A DNA stretch of 64,000 bases, taken from positions 91,151-155,150 of the forward strand of contig CAZMHV010000003.1 in assembly GCA_964566225.1 (NCBI GenBank), written 5' to 3'. Below, piece after piece: positions 36,352-46,235 of the stretch. Every line of letters starts with the position of its first letter. Positions within the stretch are counted from its first letter, which is position 1. The notes beneath the pieces were generated by a model. The model searched no databases. It worked only from the letters and a program-made list of their open reading frames with translations, and had not been told where the DNA came from. This DNA comes from an uncultured Gammaproteobacteria bacterium (GTDB taxonomy: Bacteria > Patescibacteriota > Patescibacteriia > Magasanikbacterales > UBA922). The position numbers and the translations under genes are program-made.

Positions 36352-37122
36352 TTATTTCATCATGGATCGAATGATGCGCACGACCACTTTTCGTGGTGCC
36401 AGTCTCACCGCAAATGCAAAGAGTTTATTGCTGAGTCCTGGAATAATGACGGTTTTGTTTTTTTGCAAACCAGTATAGGCTACCTGCGCCACGGTTTGTA
36501 CATCCATATATCTCCACGACGGTTGAAGCTTTGAAGTAAAGGCTCGGTCTTGAAATCCTGTTGCGGTTGGTCCGGGGCAGAGCACACTCACATGCACATT
36601 GGTGCCACGCACTTCTTCAGCCAAAGCTTCAGAGAGTGAAAGTACATAGGCTTTGGTGGCAAAGTACACTGCCATAAATGGTCCTGGTTGAAATGCTGCA
36701 GTCGATGCCACGTTCAAAATTTTTCCATTGCCACGAGCCACCATTTCTTTTACAAAGAGTTTGGATAAAAGAGTGAGCGAAGTGATGTTGAGCTGAATCA
36801 TGTCAAATTCTTCTTGGAGAGCCGTTTCGGCAAATGCACCAATGTTGCCAAAGCCTGCATTGTTGACGAGCACATCAACCTGCATGTTTTTTTCTTTCAC
36901 TTTGGTAAATAATTCTTTTGCTTCCTTTGGACTCGATAAGTCACAATTAAAAATCTCTACGGTGATTTTGTAGGTTGCTTCAAATTCTTTTTTTATTTGC
37001 TCGAGTTTGTCAGTGCTTCGCGCTACCAGTACAAGGTTCGCTCCATCTTTGGCAAAAAGTTCTGCCAATGCTTTGCCAATGCCACCGGATGCTCCGGTAA
37101 TCAGTACCGTCTGTGCTGTCAT
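36352..37122 (-). CDS. SDR family oxidoreductase
   Basis: TGASGGIGKA Rossmann motif, NNAG, and catalytic YFATKAY...K. Confidence 0.75.
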   Translation of the reverse strand: MTAQTVLITGASGGIGKALAELFAKDGANLVLVARSTDKLEQIKKEFEATYKITVEIFNCDLSSPKEAKELFTKVKEKNMQVDVLVNNAGFGNIGAFAETALQEEFDMIQLNITSLTLLSKLFVKEMVARGNGKILNVASTAAFQPGPFMAVYFATKAYVLSLSEALAEEVRGTNVHVSVLCPGPTATGFQDRAFTSKLQPSWRYMDVQTVAQVAYTGLQKNKTVIIPGLSNKLFAFAVRLAPRKVVVRIIRSMMK

Positions 37123-37472
37123 AAGGGTTTCTCAAAAAATGAATAATCAGTAACAGGGTTTCCACCAAGTAAATGCTCAGTAATAATTCGTTCCAGTTTT
37201 GCTGTGTTTAATTCGTAATACAGTGTTCCTTCGGGATACACCAGTGCAATTGGACCTGCCCCACAAATACGCAAACAATCAACTTTGGATCGCATCACCG
37301 TGGCTTCGGCAGAGTCAGGTTCGAGTTCACGTAAACGATTTTTTAAGTATTCCCAGAGTTGGACACTTTGTTCTGTGGGGGCACATTTGCCACCGGTACA
37401 CAAAAAGATATGCCGTTTTTTGGTAGCATATCCTTTGAGAGTTGCAATGGTATTAAGCTCTGTTTGGTCCAT
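37119..37472 (-). CDS. Thioredoxin-like [2Fe-2S] ferredoxin family protein
   Basis: Cys pattern CTGGKC...C(LRI)CGAGP, typical of NuoE-like/Trx-like ferredoxins. The track ORF extends to 37508; the MDQTEL start was chosen. Confidence 0.55.
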   Translation of the reverse strand: MDQTELNTIATLKGYATKKRHIFLCTGGKCAPTEQSVQLWEYLKNRLRELEPDSAEATVMRSKVDCLRICGAGPIALVYPEGTLYYELNTAKLERIITEHLLGGNPVTDYSFFEKPL

Positions 37473-37473
37473 G

Positions 37474-37698
37474 TTAAGCAGCTTGTTTGAGCGTATCTTC
37501 ACTATCAAGTGTCACTCGTAAACCAGGTGGAATCTCGGCTGCTGCATTGTTGGTGTAGTAGGTTACACTTTTGGTTCCAAAGTCAATTTCAATAACTCTG
37601 GCAGCATTGGAAGCTTCTTGAACATTTGACTCAATTCTTTTCCATCCCATTTGTTCCATGAGAGTTTCTGGATTTGTTTCTTGTGATTCTGTCATCAT
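37474..37698 (-). CDS. Small hypothetical protein (74 aa)
   Basis: Co-directional ORF abutting the ferredoxin-like gene. No domain recognised. Confidence 0.3.
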   Translation of the reverse strand: MMTESQETNPETLMEQMGWKRIESNVQEASNAARVIEIDFGTKSVTYYTNNAAAEIPPGLRVTLDSEDTLKQAA

Positions 37699-37721
37699 AT
37701 TAAGTAGAAAAAATACATAAA

Positions 37722-38600
37722 TTACGCCATGCCACGGAGTTTGTTAATTCTCTCTTGAATAGGAGGATGTGTAGAAAAAAGATTTGAGAATGATTTTCCT
37801 TTGAGTGGATTGGAAATAAACAAATGTGCTGTGGCAGAATTTGCGGTTGAAAGTGGAATATTTGATCCACTGATTTTTTCAAGTGCACGTGCAAGCCCTT
37901 CGGGGTAACGTGTCAAAAGCGCTCCTGAGGCGTCAGCCAAATATTCACGTTTACGTGAAACAGCAAGTTTGATAAGTTCTGCCACGATTGGAGAAATAAT
38001 AAGGGCAACAATACCAATAACCATAAGTATAGGATGTCCTCCTTTGCGTTCGCCATCTCCACCGAGACCCAAAAGTCGGCCACGAAAAAAGAAGTCAGCC
38101 AAAAGTCCAATGGCACCAACAAGAACAACCACTATGGTCATGACACGAATATCATAATTTTTTACATGAGAAAGTTCGTGAGCAATCACGCCCTCAAGTT
38201 CTTCGTTTTCGAGTGCTTCAATAATGCCAGTGGTCAGTGCTATTGAGGCATGTTCAGGATCTCGTCCTGTGGCAAATGCATTGAGAGCAGGGGATTGAAT
38301 GATATGAACTTTGGGAACAGGAATTCCTGCGGTAATGCAGAGATTTTCTACCATGCGGTACACATAAGGATTTTCTTGTGCTGTGATTTGTTTGGCACCG
38401 CTACTGGCAAGTGCAATTTTGTCACTGGCATAGTAACTAAACAGAGACATGAGACCTGAGATAATTGCTGCCATAACAACGGCTTCATATCCATACCCAT
38501 AGAACTGATTCAAAAAAACACCAATACCAATAATGAGAGCAAGAAATACTCCAATGAGTACGGCTGTCTTTCGTTTGTTTGAATCTATTTGACTATACAT
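37722..38600 (-). CDS. htpX: Membrane zinc metalloprotease HtpX (peptidase M48)
   Basis: HExxH motif GVIAHELSHV, TM helices, and lemA adjacency. Confidence 0.85.
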   Translation of the reverse strand: MYSQIDSNKRKTAVLIGVFLALIIGIGVFLNQFYGYGYEAVVMAAIISGLMSLFSYYASDKIALASSGAKQITAQENPYVYRMVENLCITAGIPVPKVHIIQSPALNAFATGRDPEHASIALTTGIIEALENEELEGVIAHELSHVKNYDIRVMTIVVVLVGAIGLLADFFFRGRLLGLGGDGERKGGHPILMVIGIVALIISPIVAELIKLAVSRKREYLADASGALLTRYPEGLARALEKISGSNIPLSTANSATAHLFISNPLKGKSFSNLFSTHPPIQERINKLRGMA

Positions 38601-38602
38601 AT

Positions 38603-39166
38603 TTAGAATTGTACTTTTACATTTTGTCTTTCAGCAGCGTCTTCAATTTCAAAGAAGTTGTATTTTTCAAATTTCAACATTCCAGCGATCATATTATTTG
38701 GAAAAGTTTCAATTTTGGTGTTGAAATCGCGTACCATACCATTGTAAAATCGGCGTGAAGCTTGGATTTTGTTTTCTGTATCAGAAAGTTCATCCATGAG
38801 CTGTGCCATGTTTTGGTTGGCTTTCAAATCTGGGTAGGCTTCTACCGCTACACGTAGACCTCCGAGCAAGTTGCCGAGCATTCCTTCTTGTTTGGCAAGT
38901 TCAGCTGTGTTGCCAGATGATTGTGCTGCCATGGCTGCAGAACGAGCTTTGGTAATATTTTCAAGAAGTCCTTGTTCGTGTTTCATGTATCCTTTCACAC
39001 TTTCAATAAGGTTTGGAATCAGATCATGACGACGTTTGAGTTGAACATCAATATCACTCCAGGCTTCTTTGGTACGGTTGCGAAGTGTAATAAGACCATT
39101 ATAAAGGGCAATAACCCAAACAATTAAAACGCCAACGACGATGAGCACTATAATAAGTGGTGACAT
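38603..39166 (-). CDS. lemA: LemA family membrane protein
   Basis: N-terminal TM helix plus the conserved LemA core NGLITLRNRTKEAWSDIDVQLKRRHDLIPNL. Confidence 0.85.
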   Translation of the reverse strand: MSPLIIVLIVVGVLIVWVIALYNGLITLRNRTKEAWSDIDVQLKRRHDLIPNLIESVKGYMKHEQGLLENITKARSAAMAAQSSGNTAELAKQEGMLGNLLGGLRVAVEAYPDLKANQNMAQLMDELSDTENKIQASRRFYNGMVRDFNTKIETFPNNMIAGMLKFEKYNFFEIEDAAERQNVKVQF

Positions 39167-39289
39167 ATTGTAAATTAAAATTAAATATAATTAAAAACGG
39201 GATAAAATACGTATAGCCTTGAAATATTACTTTATCTATGGAATAATACTTTTATCTATTATATCACTCACTGTCCACCCGTCAACCCT

Positions 39290-40486
39290 ATGATGACCAT
39301 AATTCTCTTTATTATCGTACTCTCTTTGCTTGTTTTTGTCCATGAATTTGGACATTTTTTGGCTGCACGAAGCTTCAAAATGCGTGTTTATGAGTTTGCG
39401 CTTGGGTTTCCACCCTTGGCTATTGGTGTGTATAAAGACCCAAAAACAGGAAAATTTGTCTTTGTAAAGGGAAAAAAGAAGATTGGACGGGATGTTATCA
39501 ATGCTGGTGGTGGCAAAGAAACTACTGAGCATGCTGAATATCCTGCTACCTTATATAGTTTAAATTGGCTTCCACTTGGTGGTTTTTGTAAAATTAAGGG
39601 AGAAAATGGCGAAGAAAAAAAAGATACTGATAGTTTTGGTGGTCAAGTTTGGTGGAAACGAGTCATTGTGCTTGTAGCAGGGGTGACTATGAATTTTTTG
39701 CTCGCTGGTATACTTTTGGGGGTAGGATACATGATTGGATTGCCTACTGATATCACTGGAGGGATTGATCCCAAGGCGACTTTGGTTCACGAACCTCAGG
39801 TAATTATCCAGCAAGTTGAAAAAGGAACACCTGCTGATAGTGCTGGCATGCAATTTGGCGATATCATTCTTTCTGCAAACAATGAACCAATAAAAACTTC
39901 TGAAGAACTGAGAAACTTTATTCAGTCACGTGCCAGTCAGCTTATTGAAATAAAAGTACAAAGAAATATTGACGGCACCAAACAAGAAAAAGTTCTTTCT
40001 GTGACTCCCAAAGTTTTGGATGGCACAGACAAGACTCCACGACTTGGTGTTATTTTGGCAGATGCTGCTATTATTCGTTATCCTTGGTATTTGGCAGTTG
40101 CCAAAGGCTTTACGGGTGCTTTTTATGGACTTATCAATATTTTTGTGAGTTTTTATCTTTTGCTCAAAGGGCTTTTGTTTGGACAAGGTCTTGCCATGGA
40201 AGTTTCTGGCCCTGTTGGTATTGCCTCGGTGATTGGTCAAAGTGCCAAACTTGGTATTCAGTACCTCATCAATGTTACCGCCATGATTTCTCTGTCACTT
40301 GCAGCCATGAACATTTTGCCAATTCCCGCACTTGATGGTGGACGTGTCCTGTTTGTGCTCATTGAAAAAATTATGCGCAAACCAGTTCCCATGAAATATG
40401 AACAAATCGCACATACACTTGGATTTGTATTGTTGCTTGGTTTGATTGTTGTGGTGACGGCTCGTGATGTTATTGGATTGTTTTAA
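39290..40486 (+). CDS. rseP: RIP metalloprotease RseP (site-2 protease, M50) with a PDZ domain
   Basis: HEFGHFLAAR motif near the N-terminus, a PDZ region, and a C-terminal LDG-type motif (ALDGGR). Confidence 0.85.
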   Translation: MMTIILFIIVLSLLVFVHEFGHFLAARSFKMRVYEFALGFPPLAIGVYKDPKTGKFVFVKGKKKIGRDVINAGGGKETTEHAEYPATLYSLNWLPLGGFCKIKGENGEEKKDTDSFGGQVWWKRVIVLVAGVTMNFLLAGILLGVGYMIGLPTDITGGIDPKATLVHEPQVIIQQVEKGTPADSAGMQFGDIILSANNEPIKTSEELRNFIQSRASQLIEIKVQRNIDGTKQEKVLSVTPKVLDGTDKTPRLGVILADAAIIRYPWYLAVAKGFTGAFYGLINIFVSFYLLLKGLLFGQGLAMEVSGPVGIASVIGQSAKLGIQYLINVTAMISLSLAAMNILPIPALDGGRVLFVLIEKIMRKPVPMKYEQIAHTLGFVLLLGLIVVVTARDVIGLF

Positions 40487-40491
40487 ATTGT

Positions 40492-40842
40492 ATGAGTGAT
40501 AGTGTTGTTGTTCATGCTGAAGAAGCTTTTGAAAGAAGACGTCGTCAACATGAAATTGATAAAATGGCCCGGTTTTATCTTGTTTTTCATGCACAATTAG
40601 AAAGTTATTTGGTTCTTGCCAGATGTTCATATGAAGAAAGACTCAAATTTCATCGTAATTGTAAAATGATTTATGATAAAATAGTTCGTCAAATAGTTGA
40701 GCAAAATAAAAGTCCCTATGAAACAGATTTTGCTGAATTTTTGGAATTATTTAAGTCAGAAATAACAATAAATCCTGTATTTACGAGTATTGTTTCAACT
40801 GAAATTGTGGAACTTCTTCAACATTCACACGATTCGCTTTAA
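40492..40842 (+). CDS. Hypothetical protein (116 aa)
   Basis: Tightly packed between rseP and pheS. No domain recognised. Confidence 0.45.
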   Translation: MSDSVVVHAEEAFERRRRQHEIDKMARFYLVFHAQLESYLVLARCSYEERLKFHRNCKMIYDKIVRQIVEQNKSPYETDFAEFLELFKSEITINPVFTSIVSTEIVELLQHSHDSL

Positions 40843-40876
40843 AAAATGTTCTCCTTTAGTGTATAAGTGTACTTTT

Positions 40877-41908
40877 ATGAAAGACCAACTCGAAAAAATA
40901 AAAAAACAATTTGAAAAAGAATTAAACGATGTGAAAGATTTTTTGAAGCTTGATGAATTGGATCAGAAATTTTTTTCACGTAAGTCCGGTAAATTTACTT
41001 CCCTCATGAAAGATCTTGGGGCTGTTGCCGAAGATAAAAGAAAAGAACTTGGGCGTTTGATCAATGAAACCAAAGCAGAAGTAGAAGCCTTGTTTACCAG
41101 TAAAAAACAAGAACTTGAACAAGCAAAAATGGCACAACTTGCAAGTGAAGAATGGATCGATGTGACACAGCCTGCACTTGGTGAAGTGGCTCGTGGACAT
41201 TTGCACCCAAATACACAAATTCAATACCAACTCGAAGATTTATTTCGCTCCATGGGTTTTATGGTACAAGACGGACCTGAACTCGAGAGTGATTTTTATA
41301 ATTTCACGGCTCTCAATATTCCAAGTGATCACCCAGCGCGTGACATGCAAGATACTTTGTATATCAAAGGTCACAGTGACTGGCTCATGCGCACACAAAC
41401 TTCACCAATGCAAATTCGTGCCATGAAAAAATTTGGTGTGCCACTTCGTTTGGTGGTGCCAGGTCGTGTGTTTCGTAATGAATCCACAGATCCACGTCAC
41501 GAACATACGTTTTACCAAGTAGAAGGTGTGGTGATTGATAAAGAAATTACTTTTAGTCACATGAAAGGCGTGCTTGAAGCCGTGGCCAAATTTTTGTATG
41601 GACCCGAAACCGAAGTACGCATGCGTCCTAAGTTTTATCCATTTGTGGAGCCAGGTGTCAACGGAGAAGTGACTTGCTTTTTGTGCAAGGGCGCTGGCTG
41701 CCGTGTGTGCAAGCAAACTGGTTGGCTCGAAGTTTTTGGCGCTGGCATGATTCACAAAAATGTCTTAAAAGAAGGTGGTGTGGATAGTGAACAATACCAA
41801 GGCTTTGCGTTTGGACTTGGACTTTCACGACTCGTGATGCTTAAATATGGCATTGAAGATGTGCGTCATTTTCAAAGTGGAGATTTACGCTTTTTGAATC
41901 AATTCTAA
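40877..41908 (+). CDS. pheS: Phenylalanine--tRNA ligase alpha subunit
   Basis: Class II core NIPSDHPARDMQDTLYI and FRNE...GAG motifs. Start chosen at MKDQLEKIKKQ. Confidence 0.9.
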   Translation: MKDQLEKIKKQFEKELNDVKDFLKLDELDQKFFSRKSGKFTSLMKDLGAVAEDKRKELGRLINETKAEVEALFTSKKQELEQAKMAQLASEEWIDVTQPALGEVARGHLHPNTQIQYQLEDLFRSMGFMVQDGPELESDFYNFTALNIPSDHPARDMQDTLYIKGHSDWLMRTQTSPMQIRAMKKFGVPLRLVVPGRVFRNESTDPRHEHTFYQVEGVVIDKEITFSHMKGVLEAVAKFLYGPETEVRMRPKFYPFVEPGVNGEVTCFLCKGAGCRVCKQTGWLEVFGAGMIHKNVLKEGGVDSEQYQGFAFGLGLSRLVMLKYGIEDVRHFQSGDLRFLNQF

Positions 41909-41909
41909 T

Positions 41910-42596
41910 ATGCAGTCGAGCCAAACAGTTTGGATGGGACTGGGCATATTTGAACGACTCTATGCTGAGTCAAAGATTGAAAATTACTTTGAATCATTAA
42001 ATGATTTGCCAAATAAAAAAATTTTTATTTTGGCAGATGAAATTACTGGTTGTAACAATTTTGTATTAAGTTCAAAAAAATTTGATTTAGTAAATGACAA
42101 AAAAATTCTTGAAAACCAAATTGAAAAATCACATCAAAAATTTGTACCTAAATATAATTTTATTAACGGATTGATAAAAGAATCAGGATATCAAAAGAAA
42201 TGGAAAGTTGAATACTGGAGTATTCTCAGTAAAGACAAAGAATTTCAAAAACTTTATAGAGATATAAAAGATGCAATTGAAAGATTTGAAAATTATTACT
42301 TAAAAAAAGAAGTAATTCGTGTGACTATTTTTGGATTTGGAGCACGCTTACGAAAAAATTTTACTGAGAGTTTTGTAAATTTCGTTTTTGATAAAAATTT
42401 TTATCGATACCTCGAAACATTATCGGAGTATACTCTTGCAGAAGTTGTTGCAACATTACATTTAGCAAAAAAAGGTTATATAAAAGCAGGGCATGAAGAA
42501 GAAAAACCATTTGATGAACTTTCTACACTGTGTTATGAAAGATTTAAAAAGGAGTTTTTTCAAGATATGAATGCTCCTGAATATTATTATATTTAG
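41910..42596 (+). CDS. Hypothetical protein (228 aa), encoded on very AT-rich DNA inserted between pheS and pheT
   Basis: Uninterrupted ORF with a Lys/Glu/Phe/Tyr-rich composition. No domain recognised. Confidence 0.5.
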   Translation: MQSSQTVWMGLGIFERLYAESKIENYFESLNDLPNKKIFILADEITGCNNFVLSSKKFDLVNDKKILENQIEKSHQKFVPKYNFINGLIKESGYQKKWKVEYWSILSKDKEFQKLYRDIKDAIERFENYYLKKEVIRVTIFGFGARLRKNFTESFVNFVFDKNFYRYLETLSEYTLAEVVATLHLAKKGYIKAGHEEEKPFDELSTLCYERFKKEFFQDMNAPEYYYI

Positions 42597-42612
42597 GTAG
42601 AGTAGAGATTGT

Positions 42613-43137
42613 ATGAATGTAGCTTATATTGATGGAGCAAACTTACATCGAGGAATATTAGAACTAGGCTGGAAACTTGACTATGAACGTTTTCGTACTT
42701 TTTTGAGAGATAAATATAAGGTTGAAAAGGCGTATATTTTTATTGGTTTAGTAGGGACGCAATCAAACCTTTATACAAAATTACAAAATGGAGGATATGT
42801 AATTATATTTAAACCAACTGTTTTTGATGGAAATGGTAAAGTCAAAGGAAATTGTGACGCAGAATTAGTACTTCAAATGGTTCAAGAATTTTATGAAGAA
42901 AAGTGTGATGTTCCTGTATTAGTTTCTGGTGATGGAGATTTTTCTTGTGTTGTGAGATTTTTATCAGAAAAAGGTAAAAAGCCAATAATTTTATCTCCAA
43001 GTAGAAAACGATGTTCAATACTTTTAAAAAGATCTGATTGTCCCATTACTTTTTTAGAAGAATTAGAGAATAAAATTTCTGGGCAAAATAAAAAAGCCCC
43101 CAATAAGGACGGAACCTTACCAGGGTCTTTTTCGTAG
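42613..43137 (+). CDS. NYN-domain (LabA/YacP-Rae1-like, PIN-fold) putative ribonuclease, 174 aa
   Basis: N-terminal VAYIDGANLHRG and the acidic motif VLVSGDGDF match the NYN pattern IDGxN...SGDxDF. Confidence 0.65.
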   Translation: MNVAYIDGANLHRGILELGWKLDYERFRTFLRDKYKVEKAYIFIGLVGTQSNLYTKLQNGGYVIIFKPTVFDGNGKVKGNCDAELVLQMVQEFYEEKCDVPVLVSGDGDFSCVVRFLSEKGKKPIILSPSRKRCSILLKRSDCPITFLEELENKISGQNKKAPNKDGTLPGSFS

Positions 43138-43192
43138 TTATACCTATAATATATACTAATTTTGATTGAAAGTCAATATTCACTATCCCCAT

Positions 43193-45643
43193 ATGAAACT
43201 CAGTAAAAAATGGCTCCAAGATTTTGTTTTTTTGCCTGATTCACTTTCTGCTCTTGAGCTCGGTCGTGAACTTTCTTTGCGTACGGTAGAAGTTGAAGGT
43301 GTTGAAAATCAAGCCGCTGCTTTTGAAAATATTGTGGTCGGTGAAATCGTGTCGGTTGAAAAACATCCCAATGCTGACAAACTCAAAGTGTGTCAGGTAA
43401 GTGTGGGAAGTGAAACCGTGCAGATTGTGTGCGGTGGAAGCAACGTTGCCGAAAAGATGAAAGTGATTGTGGCCAAAGTTGGTGCCAAAGTACGTTGGCA
43501 TGGTGAAGGTGAACTCATTGAACTTGGCAATGCAACACTCCGTGGAGTCGACTCTGCCGGCATGATTTGTGCTTCAGATGAAGTTGGCCTTGCAGATGTA
43601 TATCCAAAAAAAGATGAAAAAGAAATTGTGGACTTGAGTGGCACCAAAGCCAAGGTAGGCATGAGTCTTGCTGAATTTTTGCACCTTGATGATGTGGTAC
43701 TTGAAGTAGACAACAAATCTTTGTCCAATCGTCCAGATTTGTGGGGACACTATGGCATGGCGCGTGAAATTTCTGCGCTGTACCGAAAAAAGCTCACTCC
43801 CTATGTGGTTCCAGAAATCAAAGGCAGTAGTGAAATGCATATTGATGTGAAAGTTGAAGACAGTGACCTGTGTCCACGCTACATGGCTGTGGCAATTTCT
43901 GGTATTACCATTGCACCGTCACCACAAAAAATTCAGCAGCGTCTTGAGGCCGTAGGTATTCGCCCAATCAATAACATTGTGGATATTACCAACTATGTCA
44001 TGATGGAAATTGGTCAGCCGACCCATGCGTTTGATGCTGCACGTCTTGGCAAAAAATCTATTGTGGTTCGCCGTGCCAAAGAAGGTGAAAAGTTTACGAC
44101 TCTTGATGAAAAAGAACATACCCTCAGTTCAAACATGCTCATGATTACTGATGGTGACAAGAGCTTGGCCCTGGCTGGTGTGATGGGTGGGCAAGAAAGT
44201 GGCATTAGTGATTCCACAACAACGGTTATTTTTGAATCTGCCAACTTTCAAGCGTCTTCTATTCGCAAAACTTCCACAGCTCTTGGACTTCGTACCGATT
44301 CATCTGCTCGATTTGAAAAAGGACTTGATCCTGCGAATGCTGAAATTGCTTTGAAACGTCTTGTTCAACTGACACTTGAAGTTTGTCCTACTGCCAAAGT
44401 AGTGAGTGGCGTGACAGATGTGTCAGCAGTAAAAGCAGAAACTCGTGTGATTGAAATTTCCGATGATCTTGTGAATAAAAAACTTGGTTGCACTGTGGAA
44501 CAAAAACAAGTCATTCAAATTTTGGAAAATCTTGGATTTGCTGTTGCTAAACAAAAAAAGAATTTGCTCGTGACCGTGCCAAGTTTCCGTTACAAAGATG
44601 TGGCTATCAAAGAAGATGTGGTCGAAGAAATTGCTCGTGTGTATGGCTATGAAAAAATTCCTTCAGCCATGCCAGTATTTCGTATTACTCCACCACTTGA
44701 AAACAAACTCAAAAGTTTGGAACGAAAATTAAAAGAAACATTGGCCTTTGAATGTGGATATACTGAAAGTTATAACTATTCATTTGAGTCACCCGAATGG
44801 TTGAAGCGCCTTGGCCTCGACACCTCCATGCATTTGGAATTGGAAAATCCTGTGGCCAAAGACAGACCGTACATTCGTAGAAGTCTTATTCCAAATTTGC
44901 TTGAAAATGTTGAGTCCAACAGTCATCGCTACGACGAAGTAAAAATGTTTGAAAGTGGTCGTGTGTACCGTGTAGAAAAAGCAGGGGACAGAAGTGAACC
45001 CCATGGTGCAGGCTTACTCCCACGACAAGATTTGTACTTGGGTGTGGTGTATGCCAAAAAAGGCGAAGCCGTACCATTTTTTGCTTTAAGTGGTGTGGTG
45101 CAGCAACTCTTTGCGCGCCTCAACGTCAACTACGAACTGCGAAACTCTGAACCAGAATTTGAAAAAACGGAACACACCTTTTTGCATCCAGGCCGCCATG
45201 CGTTTGTGTATGTGAATGGTGCGTGGGTTGGCACGATTGGTGAAGTGCATCCACAGGTGCAGGGGAGTGCGGGCATTGATGAACGCGTGGCAGTGCTGCA
45301 TGTAAATTTAAATCTTTTGTGTGAAAATTTGGTAGAGCAAGTTCGCTACGAACCACTCACCGTTTTCCCTGCAGTGAAACGTGATATTGCATTTGTGTTG
45401 CCTCGCACCGTGATGCACGCCTCTGTGGTGGCCGCATTGCAGGCCGTTGATCCACTCATCCGATCTGTGGAACTCTTTGACATTTACGAAGGTGAAAAAC
45501 TCGGCGCAGGCAAAAAGAGCATGGCCTACCACATTACCTATGCTTCGAGTGATCATACACTGACTGCCGAAGAGGTAGAGAAGGTGCATGGGGCAGTGCT
45601 CAAGGTTTTGGAAAAAGAATTTGAAGCGGAACTACGAAAATAA
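43193..45643 (+). CDS. pheT: Phenylalanine--tRNA ligase beta subunit
   Basis: N-terminal MKLSKKWLQDF, tRNA-binding OB, B3/4 and B5 domains, and C-terminal FDIYEG. About 817 aa. Confidence 0.9.
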   Translation: MKLSKKWLQDFVFLPDSLSALELGRELSLRTVEVEGVENQAAAFENIVVGEIVSVEKHPNADKLKVCQVSVGSETVQIVCGGSNVAEKMKVIVAKVGAKVRWHGEGELIELGNATLRGVDSAGMICASDEVGLADVYPKKDEKEIVDLSGTKAKVGMSLAEFLHLDDVVLEVDNKSLSNRPDLWGHYGMAREISALYRKKLTPYVVPEIKGSSEMHIDVKVEDSDLCPRYMAVAISGITIAPSPQKIQQRLEAVGIRPINNIVDITNYVMMEIGQPTHAFDAARLGKKSIVVRRAKEGEKFTTLDEKEHTLSSNMLMITDGDKSLALAGVMGGQESGISDSTTTVIFESANFQASSIRKTSTALGLRTDSSARFEKGLDPANAEIALKRLVQLTLEVCPTAKVVSGVTDVSAVKAETRVIEISDDLVNKKLGCTVEQKQVIQILENLGFAVAKQKKNLLVTVPSFRYKDVAIKEDVVEEIARVYGYEKIPSAMPVFRITPPLENKLKSLERKLKETLAFECGYTESYNYSFESPEWLKRLGLDTSMHLELENPVAKDRPYIRRSLIPNLLENVESNSHRYDEVKMFESGRVYRVEKAGDRSEPHGAGLLPRQDLYLGVVYAKKGEAVPFFALSGVVQQLFARLNVNYELRNSEPEFEKTEHTFLHPGRHAFVYVNGAWVGTIGEVHPQVQGSAGIDERVAVLHVNLNLLCENLVEQVRYEPLTVFPAVKRDIAFVLPRTVMHASVVAALQAVDPLIRSVELFDIYEGEKLGAGKKSMAYHITYASSDHTLTAEEVEKVHGAVLKVLEKEFEAELRK

Positions 45644-45724
45644 TTTGAAGAAGTGCAATGTGAGGGAACTCGGTTGCACTTTTTTTTACTCGGTAGAGTA
45701 GAGAATATAATTTTGAATTATACT

Positions 45725-46210
45725 ATGATAAAAATTAGTAAATTTACGGGTGATAAAAAAATGTTGATAAATCTCATGGAAGAATTGCAAGATTATTTAG
45801 TTCAAATTGATCCATTACAGTTACGAATTCGCTCATCAAAATTTGGAAAAGTATATACAGAAAATCTCTTTAAAAAAATTAACAAACACAATGGTATAAT
45901 TTATGTTGCAAAAGATAAAAAAAGTATCGTTGGTATGGTTGCTGGAATTATTGAAGAATTTACAAAAAATGATGAAGTAGAAATTGTTCAATTAAAATTT
46001 GCTCGGGTTGAAGAACTTATTGTGAACGAAAAATATCGGGGTAAAAAGATTGGTTCATTACTGATGGATAAAATTGAAAAATATTTTAAAAGTCAAAAAT
46101 GTAATTACATATACGTCAAAGTATTTGAACCCAATAAAAGAACACATAAGCTTTATGAAAAATTAGGATATCAAGATAGAATGGTAGATATGATGAAAAA
46201 AATTTTATAG
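45725..46210 (+). CDS. GNAT family N-acetyltransferase
   Basis: Acetyl-CoA binding motif IVNEKYRGKKIGSLLM. Confidence 0.7.
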   Translation: MIKISKFTGDKKMLINLMEELQDYLVQIDPLQLRIRSSKFGKVYTENLFKKINKHNGIIYVAKDKKSIVGMVAGIIEEFTKNDEVEIVQLKFARVEELIVNEKYRGKKIGSLLMDKIEKYFKSQKCNYIYVKVFEPNKRTHKLYEKLGYQDRMVDMMKKIL

Positions 46211-46235
46211 AGTTATAAAATATTTTAAATTTTCT

